DNA of 64,000 nucleotides from a virus. The notes under the pieces were generated by a model, which was not told where the DNA came from, searched no databases, and saw only the letters and a list, made by a program, of their open reading frames with translations. The stretch lies in the IMG/VR virus record IMGVR_UViG_3300025121_000013; one strand, written 5' to 3'. The position numbers were made by a program, and so were the translations under genes. Positions 28,208-38,466 of the stretch are shown one piece after another. Position 1 is the stretch's first letter. Each line of letters opens with the position of its first letter.

Positions 28208-30829
28208 ATGCCAACGACAATATTATATCCGTTGGCGTCGGCAGATGATGGATATATTTTTGATGCTGGGGGTGGCACCCAATACAATAATAATGAAGTG
28301 CATTTACAAAACCAAGATAATATGCAATGCACGCCATATATTAGATTTCCATTAGCGCCAGTGCCTCCCCATTCAACAATTACAAATGCTTTTTTTAGAT
28401 TCACATCAGAGGTAAGCAACTCCAACCCTTTAATAATGTTGATTTATGGTTTTGATGAAGATAATTCGACACAAGTAACTGGGGTTGCTGATTATGGAGG
28501 CAGAACAAAAACTACAAGTTTTGTTTCATGGACTTTTGGAAGCTGGGTTATAGGAAATAGTTATGACAGTCCAGATATCTCGACTGTCATCCAAGAAATT
28601 ATAGATCGAGCGGGCTGGGCTGAAGATAATGCTTTACAAACTGGATTATATTCAGACGGTATTTTTCAAGCTGGAAACAGAACATTTTATTCTTTCGATA
28701 ATGGTGCTGGAATTCCAGAATTACATCTTGAATGGGAACCGCCTATAACGACCGTTACGCTTGACCCAGCTTCTTTAATAATTTCAGGTGGTTCCATAAG
28801 TTCATATTCAACAAGAACTGTGAATCCAGATATAGGACCCGTAATTTCAGACTTTTCAAATACAGGAGGACAAGGCATGTCTGTATCGCCCGGCGTATAT
28901 ACCAATATTTTGGATATTACCACATATCCTAAAAAGGTTCCCAGTACAATCGCTTTTATTGCTGGTTTTTCAGATAAGGGAGAAGATAATAAGTTAAAGT
29001 ATTATGAATCAAAAGAAACCTTTGTCATCGAGAATGGTTATCCTAATTATGATCTTTATGGCAAAGAATTTTCTCAAGGTATGTTTTGCGCTCATAATTA
29101 TCTTGATGAAGCTGAATCACTTTATTGGTTAAGAGCTTTACCTTCTTCAGCTCAATATGCAAATTTTAGAATTGATGGAGTTATGTCATCGACAGATAAT
29201 ACCGCATCTATTTCATTGACATATGTTAATACTTTAACGACAAAAAGTGCTATCGCCGCGACTTTGGCAACGGCTGGCACGACTTATCCTCTTTGTGTTT
29301 TGGCCGGTTTAGGAAGAGGCGTTTATTACAATAAAATTGGTATTCGTTTAACGCAACATGCAAATCCCATTTTATCTGGAGTTTTTGTTTTAGATATTTA
29401 TGAAAGACAATCTGATGGAACCGATAAAATTATTGAATCGTATGAGATTTCTTTTGATCCAAATGGAACAGATTTAAATGGAAATACAATTTATATTGTT
29501 GATATTTTAAATAATTATTCTTCTGTTTTAAGAGCCTATGAATCTTTAAGTTCCGGAGCTGTCACCCCAGGATATGAATTATTAGTTAAAGTTTTTGACA
29601 AAGATATTGGGACTGTGTCCTCAGTCATTACAGATGGGTCTGCGACCATCACAGATAATAAACAAGATTTTAGCACTTGGGATACAAATCCCGAAACTGG
29701 TTACGCTTCATATATTGTTATTGCGAAAGATAATAAAGGAAATGAAATTTGGGGTTGGCTTGGCTCTGCTAATGGTGCCGGCTCTACGGTAAATGTTTTT
29801 GACGGAAGAAATCTTGATACCGCAACCCAAAGTTGGCAGGGTGATACAAGCTCATTTAATACCAGCGGAACAATTACATATCAAATCAAGAAATCCTATA
29901 ATGAAATTGCAAGCGCTTTTGTTTCTTCTGAACCCGTTCCTTTAAGAAAAGGAACTGATGGAACTTTATTTGATGTTGACGGAACAATCAATTCTACCGT
30001 GGCAACTGACACTTTAGAAGATGCTTATTCCGGAGATTTAGACGACCAAGTTTTAGACACGGATAATATTTATTTTTCTGTCGTTTTTGATTGTGGGTAT
30101 CCAACTTCCGTAAAAGATGAAGTTGACGCTCTTTTAAGAACCAGAGAAGACGCTATGGGTTTTATCGACAATGGAGATAATTCGACTGTCAACTCTGCTA
30201 TTCTTTCAAGAGATTCTGCTCACGATTATGATTCTGAATATTTATCGCTTTATGAACCTTATAATAAGGTTGAAGATCCTGTAACCAAAAGAGATATTTG
30301 GGTTTCTCCTATTTATCATATGTCTTATCTTGTTCCGAAAAATGATATTATTGGAAAACCTTGGTATGCGGTTGCCGGTTTTAATCGCGGGGAAAACAAT
30401 TCAATTAAAGAAATGAGATTTATTGCCAAACAAGCTGATAGAGAAAGATTTTATCCAAAACAAATAAACCCTATCACAAAAATTAATAACAAATATATTC
30501 CCTATAGTCAGTTAACAACCCTGGGAAGAATGAGTCCTTTAAATGATGTTAATAGTGTTCGAGTGATTTTATATTGCAAAAGAGCTTTAAAGAACTTTTG
30601 TCTTGGATATATTTTTGAGCAAAACGATCAGCAAACCTGGACATCTGTCGCAACAGATATTTCTGAATTCTTATCTATCGTTCAACAGGAAAGAGGTTTG
30701 GACAGTTATACCATTGAGGTTTCAGCGACTGATTATGAAAAGAAATTAAAGAAATTTCATGTTAACGTAACCTTGGCTCCAACGCCAACCACAGAGCAAA
30801 TATCTTTAAATTTCTTTATCACAAGATAA
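28208..30829 (+). CDS. Tail sheath protein with ~223-aa N-terminal extension
   Basis: SPGVY at aa ~227; PWYAVAGFNRG, INPI, NSVR, FEQND. Confidence 0.88.
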   Translation: MPTTILYPLASADDGYIFDAGGGTQYNNNEVHLQNQDNMQCTPYIRFPLAPVPPHSTITNAFFRFTSEVSNSNPLIMLIYGFDEDNSTQVTGVADYGGRTKTTSFVSWTFGSWVIGNSYDSPDISTVIQEIIDRAGWAEDNALQTGLYSDGIFQAGNRTFYSFDNGAGIPELHLEWEPPITTVTLDPASLIISGGSISSYSTRTVNPDIGPVISDFSNTGGQGMSVSPGVYTNILDITTYPKKVPSTIAFIAGFSDKGEDNKLKYYESKETFVIENGYPNYDLYGKEFSQGMFCAHNYLDEAESLYWLRALPSSAQYANFRIDGVMSSTDNTASISLTYVNTLTTKSAIAATLATAGTTYPLCVLAGLGRGVYYNKIGIRLTQHANPILSGVFVLDIYERQSDGTDKIIESYEISFDPNGTDLNGNTIYIVDILNNYSSVLRAYESLSSGAVTPGYELLVKVFDKDIGTVSSVITDGSATITDNKQDFSTWDTNPETGYASYIVIAKDNKGNEIWGWLGSANGAGSTVNVFDGRNLDTATQSWQGDTSSFNTSGTITYQIKKSYNEIASAFVSSEPVPLRKGTDGTLFDVDGTINSTVATDTLEDAYSGDLDDQVLDTDNIYFSVVFDCGYPTSVKDEVDALLRTREDAMGFIDNGDNSTVNSAILSRDSAHDYDSEYLSLYEPYNKVEDPVTKRDIWVSPIYHMSYLVPKNDIIGKPWYAVAGFNRGENNSIKEMRFIAKQADRERFYPKQINPITKINNKYIPYSQLTTLGRMSPLNDVNSVRVILYCKRALKNFCLGYIFEQNDQQTWTSVATDISEFLSIVQQERGLDSYTIEVSATDYEKKLKKFHVNVTLAPTPTTEQISLNFFITR

Positions 30830-30843
30830 TATTTTTAAAAATT

Positions 30844-30890
30844 TACAAAAAAATGGGGCAGGGAGATTCTTTAAATCCCTGTCCCATTTT
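30844..30890. terminator. Bidirectional terminator between convergent units
   Basis: AAAATGGGGCAGGGA/TCCCTGTCCCATTTT. Confidence 0.8.
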
Positions 30891-31211
30891 TCATCTCAAA
30901 TTTTCAAAAAAGAAATAATAATTGTTCTTAAATTTATATTTAGTCTTATGAATATGATTTAAAAAATTAGTTCTACAAAATTTAAACTTCATTTTTAAAT
31001 GAGAAATAATTAACGTATGCATATTATTAGAAAAATGAAATTCAGCTTTGCAATTTGAACAGATAAGAATTTTAAAACATAATATACTCTTTTTAAAATC
31101 TATTGTTTTTTCCCCACATATTAGACAATAACTATCCTCTAATGAATTCAAAGAAAAATCCCCACATGGCATATCACATTGATCTTTCAAAATACATTCA
31201 ATACAAATCAT
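30891..31211 (-). CDS. Cys-rich family B member
   Basis: CIECILKDQCDMPC; CLIC..CSNC. Confidence 0.8.
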   Translation of the reverse strand: MICIECILKDQCDMPCGDFSLNSLEDSYCLICGEKTIDFKKSILCFKILICSNCKAEFHFSNNMHTLIISHLKMKFKFCRTNFLNHIHKTKYKFKNNYYFFFENLR

Positions 31212-31514
31212 CGAACAACTCTCCTATATAAATTTTCAGAAAGAAAACTGTACATAAAATAATATTTTAAATTTTTTGAAAATATAGACATACTTATTGT
31301 CTCAATTTGATATTTTTGATTGCAATTAATACATTCAATATTAATAACATTGTTATAAACAATTCTAGAATTACAAAAAATACATCGACAATTTCTAAAT
31401 GAATAAATTTTTGATTCAAAAAAACGCATTACATTTTTCAATCTGTATTGTTTTTAAAATATCAATGCAAGGGTTTTCACAAATATTTTGAAGAATGCAA
31501 TTATCACAAAGCAT
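31208..31514 (-). pseudogene. Family B member, frameshifted
   Basis: Head MLCDNCILQNICENPC and CIFC..CINC body lie in different frames. Confidence 0.65.
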
Positions 31515-31878
31515 TTTTCTTCGCAATAAATCTATAAAAATATTCCATATGATAAAGAAGACAAATTCCTGAATATAAATCAGATTCCAATATAAAGCAT
31601 ACAAAAGGTTCAAAAACATAAGTTATATTACAAGTTGAACATCTGGTAATTAAAGAATTGTTTATCGAGATTCCTCCTTTATTATGTAAATGTCCAAAAT
31701 TTTTATATTTGTTTTTAAGTTCTGTAAATATAAGATTATTGCAAAATACACATTTTGATTTATGTGGGGTATAGGGTCTAATCAATTGTTGAAAATTTAA
31801 TGTTTTTAAACGGTTATGTAATTCAGAACATATTTCATTATTACAAATATTTTGAAGAATGCAATTATCACAAAGCAT
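31504..31878 (-). CDS. Family B member
   Basis: CDNCILQNIC..C; CVFC..CSTC. Confidence 0.8.
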   Translation of the reverse strand: MLCDNCILQNICNNEICSELHNRLKTLNFQQLIRPYTPHKSKCVFCNNLIFTELKNKYKNFGHLHNKGGISINNSLITRCSTCNITYVFEPFVCFILESDLYSGICLLYHMEYFYRFIAKKNAL

Positions 31879-31880
31879 AT

Positions 31881-32183
31881 TTATTCATTATATGTACTAA
31901 AACTTCCTTTATTAAAAATTATAATTCCCTTATCTTTTGTTTTTTTAGATTTAATTATTGTGCCAAAATTAGTTTGAAAATATTCTAACCCACAGTTTTG
32001 ACAAAATGATTTTTTAGATATATACCTTTCATAAAAGCTAAATTTATTTTTACAAAAAATACAATGATCCATTTTGGTTCTATAAACACTTAAAATTCTT
32101 TCCATTTCTGAACATATATTTTTGCAAATATTTTGTATAATACATGCTTCACAAAGAAAACTACTAATTTTTAGGTTTTCCAA
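31881..32183 (-). CDS. Family B member
   Basis: CEACIIQNICKNIC; CIFC..CQNC. Confidence 0.8.
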   Translation of the reverse strand: MENLKISSFLCEACIIQNICKNICSEMERILSVYRTKMDHCIFCKNKFSFYERYISKKSFCQNCGLEYFQTNFGTIIKSKKTKDKGIIIFNKGSFSTYNE

Positions 32184-32649
32184 TCAAAGCTATATTGGCT
32201 CCATTAAAGTTCAATTTTCGTTGAATAACTTCGAAAGATGAATTCTCAGCGATTCTTATTAAATGTTCTATCCATTTTTTTATATCTCTATTTTTATTAT
32301 TAAACTGAGTTGTGGTTGGCAATACGCAACAGGGAATAATAAAGAATGGAATTCTTCTTTTTAAAGATTCTGTTAAAATAATATCAGTTGCTTCATCTGG
32401 GTGAATTCCAACCAATAAATCAAAATTATCATTTTCTTTCTCAGAAAAATAAGTATTTTTAAAATTAATATTTTTTTCTCTTTTTCTTCTATTTCTTTTC
32501 TTATCAAAGGTCGTGATATTATAGTCAGATAATACTATTTGTAATTTTCCAGTTCCTCCAGCAATATCAGCAATATTCCTAAATTTTTCTTTTGGAAAAT
32601 AAAACCTTATGAGTCTTCCTGCCTCAAAAAACCTCTTTCTGTCTCCCAT
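32164..32649 (-). CDS. SAM-dependent methyltransferase-like protein
   Basis: DIAGGTG, GIHPDEATD, PCC. Confidence 0.8.
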   Translation of the reverse strand: MGDRKRFFEAGRLIRFYFPKEKFRNIADIAGGTGKLQIVLSDYNITTFDKKRNRRKREKNINFKNTYFSEKENDNFDLLVGIHPDEATDIILTESLKRRIPFFIIPCCVLPTTTQFNNKNRDIKKWIEHLIRIAENSSFEVIQRKLNFNGANIALIGKPKN

Positions 32650-32695
32650 TTTTTCTCCTCTTCAAATCTAGATTTTTGTCAATTTTATAAAACTA

Positions 32696-33055
32696 TCACA
32701 TAATATTTATGGATCTTCTCAAAGAATTTTTTCTTCTATAGCCTTGTTCTTTTAAAATAAATTTACAGCTTCTTTTTCTATGAAAATTTTTTATAAGACA
32801 GAATTCATTTCGAAAATTTGTGAAAATAGAAAAATACAATTCTGTGATTCTGTATTTTGTTTTACAGTTAGAACATAGCCATCTATTTGGTGAAGGTTTT
32901 ATTAATTTTAAGTCGCAGATCAAACATTTTTTATTTTCATTCTCTGAAAATATTGAATGCGTTTGAAGTTTAGCAATCGATTCATTTAAAAGAAAACAAT
33001 TATCACAATATGAATTTTTAAATATTAAACATTCAAAACAAGGAATATTAATCAA
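32696..33055 (-). CDS. Family B member (subtype Cx2C..Cx2C)
   Basis: CFEC..CDNC; CLIC..CSNC. Confidence 0.8.
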   Translation of the reverse strand: MINIPCFECLIFKNSYCDNCFLLNESIAKLQTHSIFSENENKKCLICDLKLIKPSPNRWLCSNCKTKYRITELYFSIFTNFRNEFCLIKNFHRKRSCKFILKEQGYRRKNSLRRSINIM

Positions 33056-33384
33056 GTCTGAAACCCCATCTTAGGTTTTATTTTATAAGCTGTATCAAAT
33101 GTGTGATATTCTAAATATATGTTTTTAATAGATATAGATAAATAATTGAATGTACATATATAACTTACTCTACAATTTTCACACCAGTATCTATGAAATA
33201 AATTAGCTTTTAAGTTTGATTTACAAAATAAACATGTCTTAATTTCTTGATTTGAAAATATTGGATTATTTTGGATTTTAATTTTAAAAAATTCTTCTTG
33301 TAAAAGAATGCAAGAAGAACAAGTCGGCATATTTAATAATAGGCATTCAAAACAAGGCACATGAAAAGAATTTAAATTAGTCAA
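33052..33384 (-). CDS. Family B member
   Basis: CFEC..CSSC; CLFC..CENC. Confidence 0.8.
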   Translation of the reverse strand: MTNLNSFHVPCFECLLLNMPTCSSCILLQEEFFKIKIQNNPIFSNQEIKTCLFCKSNLKANLFHRYWCENCRVSYICTFNYLSISIKNIYLEYHTFDTAYKIKPKMGFQT

Positions 33385-33707
33385 GAATCAAATATTGAAA
33401 AACTTTTAATACTAACATTTGTCGAATGATAATATTCAAATTCTATTTCTTCTTTTATAAACCGAATATATAAATAGTGTGAAAATACTAAATAATAAAT
33501 TTTACAATGTTTGCATTCAAAATTAGGTTTTGAAATAACTGTTACGACTTTTTCGCAAAACAAACATGTCTTAATTTCTTGTTTTAAAAACATCGAATGA
33601 TCCTTAAGATTGTCAAATTCATCTTTTAGAAGTATGCATTGTTTACATCGATATTTTTTAAGAATGCAATTAAAACAAGGAATATGAAGAAAATCTGAAC
33701 TAATCAA
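33381..33707 (-). CDS. Family B member
   Basis: CFNC..CKQC; CLFC..CKHC. Confidence 0.8.
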   Translation of the reverse strand: MISSDFLHIPCFNCILKKYRCKQCILLKDEFDNLKDHSMFLKQEIKTCLFCEKVVTVISKPNFECKHCKIYYLVFSHYLYIRFIKEEIEFEYYHSTNVSIKSFSIFDS

Positions 33708-34055
33708 TTAAAAAGGTAAAAAGGGCTAATCATAGGTTTTTTAAAATAATATTTATAAGTTCTATCAGGAGATAAAAAATATTCAATTAGAATATTAGAT
33801 TTTACTAATTTGATGCATAAATAATTTATAGTCATTATATATTGAATTTTACAATGTACACATAAATATTCATGTTTTGTAATAATATTGTCGGTATGTT
33901 TTCCACATATTAAACAATTACAAATCTCTTTTTTTAAAGACATTGAATTATTTTTAAATTTATCAAATTCATTTTTTAGAAGTATACAATCAACACGCAT
34001 AATTTTTAAGAATGCAATCAAAACAGTGAACTTGAAAAGAATTTAAATTAGTCAT
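33704..34055 (-). pseudogene. Family B member, frameshifted
   Basis: MTNLNSFQVHCFDCILKNYA head is out of frame with VDCILLKNEF; short deletion relative to paralog 34130-34414. Confidence 0.7.
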
Positions 34056-34129
34056 ATTCGAAAATTTGAATATTAGAAATTTCTCTTTTAAAATAAGTTT
34101 TATAAATATATTCTTCAAATGGAAAATAT

Positions 34130-34414
34130 TCAATTAATATTTTTATTCATAAACCGAATGTATAAATATTTTCTAGAAACTACAAAATAAATTTTACAAT
34201 GAGTACATTCAAAATCACTTATTGAAATATATCTTGTCGGTTTTTCACAAAATAAACATTTTTTATTTTTTCTTTCTAAAAATATTAAATTATCTTTAAG
34301 TTTATAAAATTCATTCTTTAAAAGTATACAATCAACGCACTGAGCATAATTTTTAAGAATACAATCAAAACAATATATGTTAATATTTTTATTTAAATTA
34401 TGGAGTTCTTTCAT
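34130..34414 (-). CDS. Family B member (C-terminus probably frameshift-truncated)
   Basis: CFDCILKNYAQCVDC; CLFC..CTHC; IEYF tail continues in another frame. Confidence 0.7.
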   Translation of the reverse strand: MKELHNLNKNINIYCFDCILKNYAQCVDCILLKNEFYKLKDNLIFLERKNKKCLFCEKPTRYISISDFECTHCKIYFVVSRKYLYIRFMNKNIN

Positions 34415-34920
34415 AACCTAAAATTTTCATTATTTGGAAGATTCTTCATTATTTCCTTAATTTGATCAAAAGAAACCGGATAAAAATTATTATTATCCAC
34501 TCCTATATCCCATGTTTTTCCATAGGGTTTCATCCTTCCGTGTGAATGCCCAAATAAAAGCCAACTATTATAATGTGATCTAGGCCATCTTAACATAGCG
34601 TAATGGCAAATTACAATATATTCTTTTTCATATTTTAATTCAAATATTTCATGATAAAATTTTTTATTAAGTTTCATCCAATAATCATGACTGCCTTTTA
34701 AAAAAATATGTTTTCCTTTTAAAGAATTTATATAATCTTGAACATCGGTTTTTAACAAAGAAAAATCTCCAGCATGAATAACAATATCATTCTCTTTAAC
34801 AATTTCATTATTATTTTGAATCAATTTATTATCCATCTCTGTTATATTTTTAAATGGTCGATTACATAATTTAATTATTTTTCTATGGCCATAATGTTCA
34901 TCAGAAGTGAAAAAATACAT
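34411..34920 (-). CDS. Metallophosphoesterase
   Basis: SDEHYGH, AGDF, GSHD, CHY, GHSH. Confidence 0.93.
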   Translation of the reverse strand: MYFFTSDEHYGHRKIIKLCNRPFKNITEMDNKLIQNNNEIVKENDIVIHAGDFSLLKTDVQDYINSLKGKHIFLKGSHDYWMKLNKKFYHEIFELKYEKEYIVICHYAMLRWPRSHYNSWLLFGHSHGRMKPYGKTWDIGVDNNNFYPVSFDQIKEIMKNLPNNENFRL

Positions 34921-34975
34921 ATTTTAAAACCCCTCCTGTACAAAAGATTTTATTGCTATTTTTTAGTATTTAGAT

Positions 34976-35296
34976 TTAATTAATTTCTATAGGAGATGAA
35001 CTAAATGTCCATATTACATTCTTTTTCACAAACCCAATTCGTCTGGTAGCTAACTGAACTCCAATTCCATTATTTTTCTTAAATTCAATAATTAAACTAC
35101 TAATAAAAGTCCTATATATGATATTACATTTTTCACAATAATAATTATCTCTTTCCTTATTAATAGTTTTACACCCACAATTTAAACAATTTTTTATTAT
35201 TCTATCCCATGAAAAAGTTTTAAAACTATTTATAATATTTGTACAAAGTTCTTTACATTGTGGTTTTAAAATACAATCAACACAAAGTAGTTTCAT
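34976..35296 (-). CDS. Family B member
   Basis: CVDCILKPQCKELC; CLNC..CEKC. Confidence 0.8.
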   Translation of the reverse strand: MKLLCVDCILKPQCKELCTNIINSFKTFSWDRIIKNCLNCGCKTINKERDNYYCEKCNIIYRTFISSLIIEFKKNNGIGVQLATRRIGFVKKNVIWTFSSSPIEIN

Positions 35297-35312
35297 TTTG
35301 TTTTATTCCTCC

Positions 35313-35534
35313 CTAACATTTTCTTGATATAGAATGTTTATAGTCTATGTCTTTTAAAGGCTCATTACAAAATAAGCATCTGGTAAATCGATCATGATTT
35401 ATAAAAAATTTATCATTTTTAACAATTTGTTTCCATTCTTTCATTAAGTTTAAAGTTATGGGGTTGAAGATTTTTATACAATCGTCACATTGTGAGTCAC
35501 AAGTTTTTGTTAAAATACAATGGCTACAAATCAA
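35313..35534 (-). CDS. Family B member, truncated
   Basis: CSHCILTKTCDSQC; stops inside the ribbon. Confidence 0.65.
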   Translation of the reverse strand: MICSHCILTKTCDSQCDDCIKIFNPITLNLMKEWKQIVKNDKFFINHDRFTRCLFCNEPLKDIDYKHSISRKC

Positions 35535-35947
35535 AGTGAGATCCCATAATCACGAATAATTATATTATCAAAATCATTATCTTTAGAATTTTTATGCATA
35601 CAAATATAGTATTTTTCTATCTCAAAAATATGTCTCCTATCAACCAATTGAATAATCATTAAATTTGAAAAATTGGAAAACATATAAATTAAATTTTCTT
35701 TTTCACAATGAAATTTAGGAGCCCCATTTATTAAGGAAAATCTATCAGAAGATATATTTTTCTTTTTCTTTAGAATATCATCACAAAAAATACATTTAAT
35801 GGGTTCTAAATTTCCTATCCATTTAGCATCAGAATGATGAACTGATAAAAGTTCTTAGATTTGATCTTTCTTGTTTTTTACTATTTGAATTAAATTTAAA
35901 CACGCTGTATTACAACATTTTTCTAAAATACAATGATCACATATCAT
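35531..35947 (-). pseudogene. Family B member with in-frame TAA (35855-35857)
   Basis: MICDHCILEKCCNTAC...QI*ELL...CIFC, 139 codons. Confidence 0.75.
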
Positions 35948-35962
35948 ATCTTTCCTTTCATA

Positions 35963-36322
35963 TTATATTTCATATTGAGGCAAAGAAAAATCTAATTTTC
36001 CACTTTCGGAATTATAATTTTTTCCTAAGGTAATTTTTCCATTAGGAAAACTAGGATAATTAAATATGAAAAATAAATTATATTTTTGACCTTCTATAAT
36101 TAAAAAAATTCTATCAAGAAGAAAATAATATAAAATTTTACAATTGGGACATTTAAATGAATGTGGGTAGTTTTGAACACGTTTTAATTTCACTTCGCAA
36201 AAAATACATTTTAAAGTTTTATTAATACTCCAGATTTGTTTTTTAGATTTTTTAACGAAATCAATTATAAAAATACAAGGAGCATTGCATTCTTTAGAAA
36301 TAATACAATCAATACAAATCAT
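35963..36322 (-). CDS. Family B member
   Basis: CIDCIISKECNAPC; CIFC..CPNC. Confidence 0.8.
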   Translation of the reverse strand: MICIDCIISKECNAPCIFIIDFVKKSKKQIWSINKTLKCIFCEVKLKRVQNYPHSFKCPNCKILYYFLLDRIFLIIEGQKYNLFFIFNYPSFPNGKITLGKNYNSESGKLDFSLPQYEI

Positions 36323-36729
36323 TTTTCAACTATTCTTTTAAATTGATCATTTTTTATATAAAAATCTTTTGATAAATAAATATTTTTCTTGTGTGCCGCT
36401 ACCTCAACAAAAAATAAATACGTTGAATTTAAGGGTTTTATAAGAAATATATAATATCGAGAAAATTCATATCTATTTTCATATAAAAATACAGTTTTAC
36501 ATTTTTTGCACCTTTTTGGGAGTGCAAAAGAGCCATCTATTAAAGGTATGTTCTCACAAATTCCATCACAAAATAAACACGGTTCAAAATTCATATTATT
36601 TAATATTTCCCATCTTCTCTTAACATGCCAAGCCAACTTTTTTAAAATAATTTTTGAATCATCACATGGAAAATTACATATTCTTGTTAAAATGCAGTTA
36701 TCACATATCATAAGTTTTAATCTCTCCAA
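36319..36729 (-). CDS. Family B member
   Basis: CDNCILTRICNFPC; CLFC..CKKC. Confidence 0.8.
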   Translation of the reverse strand: MERLKLMICDNCILTRICNFPCDDSKIILKKLAWHVKRRWEILNNMNFEPCLFCDGICENIPLIDGSFALPKRCKKCKTVFLYENRYEFSRYYIFLIKPLNSTYLFFVEVAAHKKNIYLSKDFYIKNDQFKRIVEK

Positions 36730-36779
36730 GCTCCTTAAGTGCGAACGTCAAATTCTTAAGGAGCATTTTAGTTGTGAAT

Positions 36780-37313
36780 TTATCTTTTCTCAAAATGATT
36801 TTTTCTAACATTATGAAATGTAGTTTCAGTTTCCCTTTTTAAATTTTCAGGTTCTTTAAAATAATAATAAAGATAGTACGGAACCAAATTATTTTTGTAG
36901 TACATATCTTCAAGAATATATTCTCCTCGGTTTCTGGCATATTGTGCTTTTGGATCTTTAATTATTTTCATTGTATATAAAAGTAAAACGCCTTTTGTAT
37001 TTTCTCCCAATTTTATTAAAATTCTCATATGTATTAAATATAACGATATGTCAGGACGTTTTCTTGTGAAAGAAATTATTTCTGGTTCACACTTTGCTTC
37101 AATCAATCTCTTTAATAAATCTTTTTCTGAAATGATAAAATTAAAATAATCTGAATAAATTGAATCAAGTTCAGGAAGATTTTTAAACCCTATTATTTTT
37201 CCTTCAAAGATTCCTGGAAGAAAATCATATGGGCCATTATTTGCTAAACAATTAGAACTTGTGAAGATTAATAAAAATATGAATAAAGATATCGTTTTAA
37301 CCATAGCTTTCAT
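36780..37313 (-). CDS. Secreted/periplasmic hypothetical protein
   Basis: Signal peptide ending CLA. Confidence 0.7.
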   Translation of the reverse strand: MKAMVKTISLFIFLLIFTSSNCLANNGPYDFLPGIFEGKIIGFKNLPELDSIYSDYFNFIISEKDLLKRLIEAKCEPEIISFTRKRPDISLYLIHMRILIKLGENTKGVLLLYTMKIIKDPKAQYARNRGEYILEDMYYKNNLVPYYLYYYFKEPENLKRETETTFHNVRKNHFEKR

Positions 37314-37351
37314 GAACGATTCCTTTCCTTTTTAAATCACATTACTAAAGA

Positions 37352-37672
37352 TTAAAAATTTTCTATAAATATCTTTGAGGAAACAAAATTTCTGCTAAAA
37401 ATATATTTCGTTTTATAAATAAGCATTGTTAAATCATTATTATTATTATCTTTAATATGTATTCTTCGATTTGTGATAAAATAATGAATTGAACATTTTA
37501 GACATTTGGAACGCCCCATATATATTTTTAACTGGGAATTACAAAATATACATTTATTTATTTCATTGTTTAAAAAATTTAAAATTCTGTTTTTATTTTT
37601 AGTTATCTCTTCAAAAAGATTAATACATATTTCATTGCAATTAAAACCTAAAATACAATTAACACAAATCAT
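37352..37672 (-). CDS. Family B member
   Basis: CVNCILGFNCNEIC. Confidence 0.8.
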   Translation of the reverse strand: MICVNCILGFNCNEICINLFEEITKNKNRILNFLNNEINKCIFCNSQLKIYMGRSKCLKCSIHYFITNRRIHIKDNNNNDLTMLIYKTKYIFSRNFVSSKIFIENF

Positions 37673-38120
37673 TAGGCAACTTTATACTAACGCCGGGAAG
37701 AATTTCAGTTGAATTAAAAACTTTTGTAACTGTTAATTTTTTAAAGGAGTCATCGATAAAAAATTCTGTTTTTCTATCAAGAAATAATTGTATAACGTAA
37801 CCTCTTCCATTATAGTTAAAATATATATTACAATTTTTACATATTTTTACAGAATTATTTGGAGCTTGTTCTAATTTTGAATCACAATAAATACAATTGA
37901 TCATAATAGGTTGTTTTAAAACATAAAGTATTTCTTTTATTTTATAAATTATCAATTCATCCATGATTCTATGACAAGGATAAAAACATATATTTTTTAA
38001 AATACAAATAGAACAATATGTTCTTCCATCAATTTTTATATTTTTTAAAATTTTGTTTTTATCAAAAATATAGTTAGACATCTTGTTCAATGACCTTTGA
38101 AGAATAAAGACGCATACCAT
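37659..38120 (-). CDS. Family B member (start uncertain)
   Basis: CSICILKNICFYPC. Confidence 0.75.
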   Translation of the reverse strand: MVCVFILQRSLNKMSNYIFDKNKILKNIKIDGRTYCSICILKNICFYPCHRIMDELIIYKIKEILYVLKQPIMINCIYCDSKLEQAPNNSVKICKNCNIYFNYNGRGYVIQLFLDRKTEFFIDDSFKKLTVTKVFNSTEILPGVSIKLPNDLC

Positions 38121-38466
38121 TTTTATGTAATTGAAAATGGTTTAAATCCATGCAAATTTCTATTAAGAAATTTTCACTTATTATAAGGCGAACATAATCT
38201 ACGAAAATATAATATTTTTGCCCGCAAACGCAACATTTATAATTAAGTTTACTTTTTAGATAAATACCAGAATCTGCCATTTGTAAATTGTTATCACATA
38301 ACAAACATTTTGTCACTCTCTTAGATAAAGTATAATTTCTTATAAAATTATTTTTAATTTTTTTAATCTCATTTTCATATTCTTTGCAAATGTTAAAACA
38401 TATTCTTTTTAAAATACATTTGCCGCAAATTTCTAAAAAGTTTTTAGAGAACATATTCTTTTCCAT
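38074..38466 (-). CDS. Family B member
   Basis: CGKCILKRICFNIC. Confidence 0.8.
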   Translation of the reverse strand: MEKNMFSKNFLEICGKCILKRICFNICKEYENEIKKIKNNFIRNYTLSKRVTKCLLCDNNLQMADSGIYLKSKLNYKCCVCGQKYYIFVDYVRLIISENFLIEICMDLNHFQLHKNGMRLYSSKVIEQDV

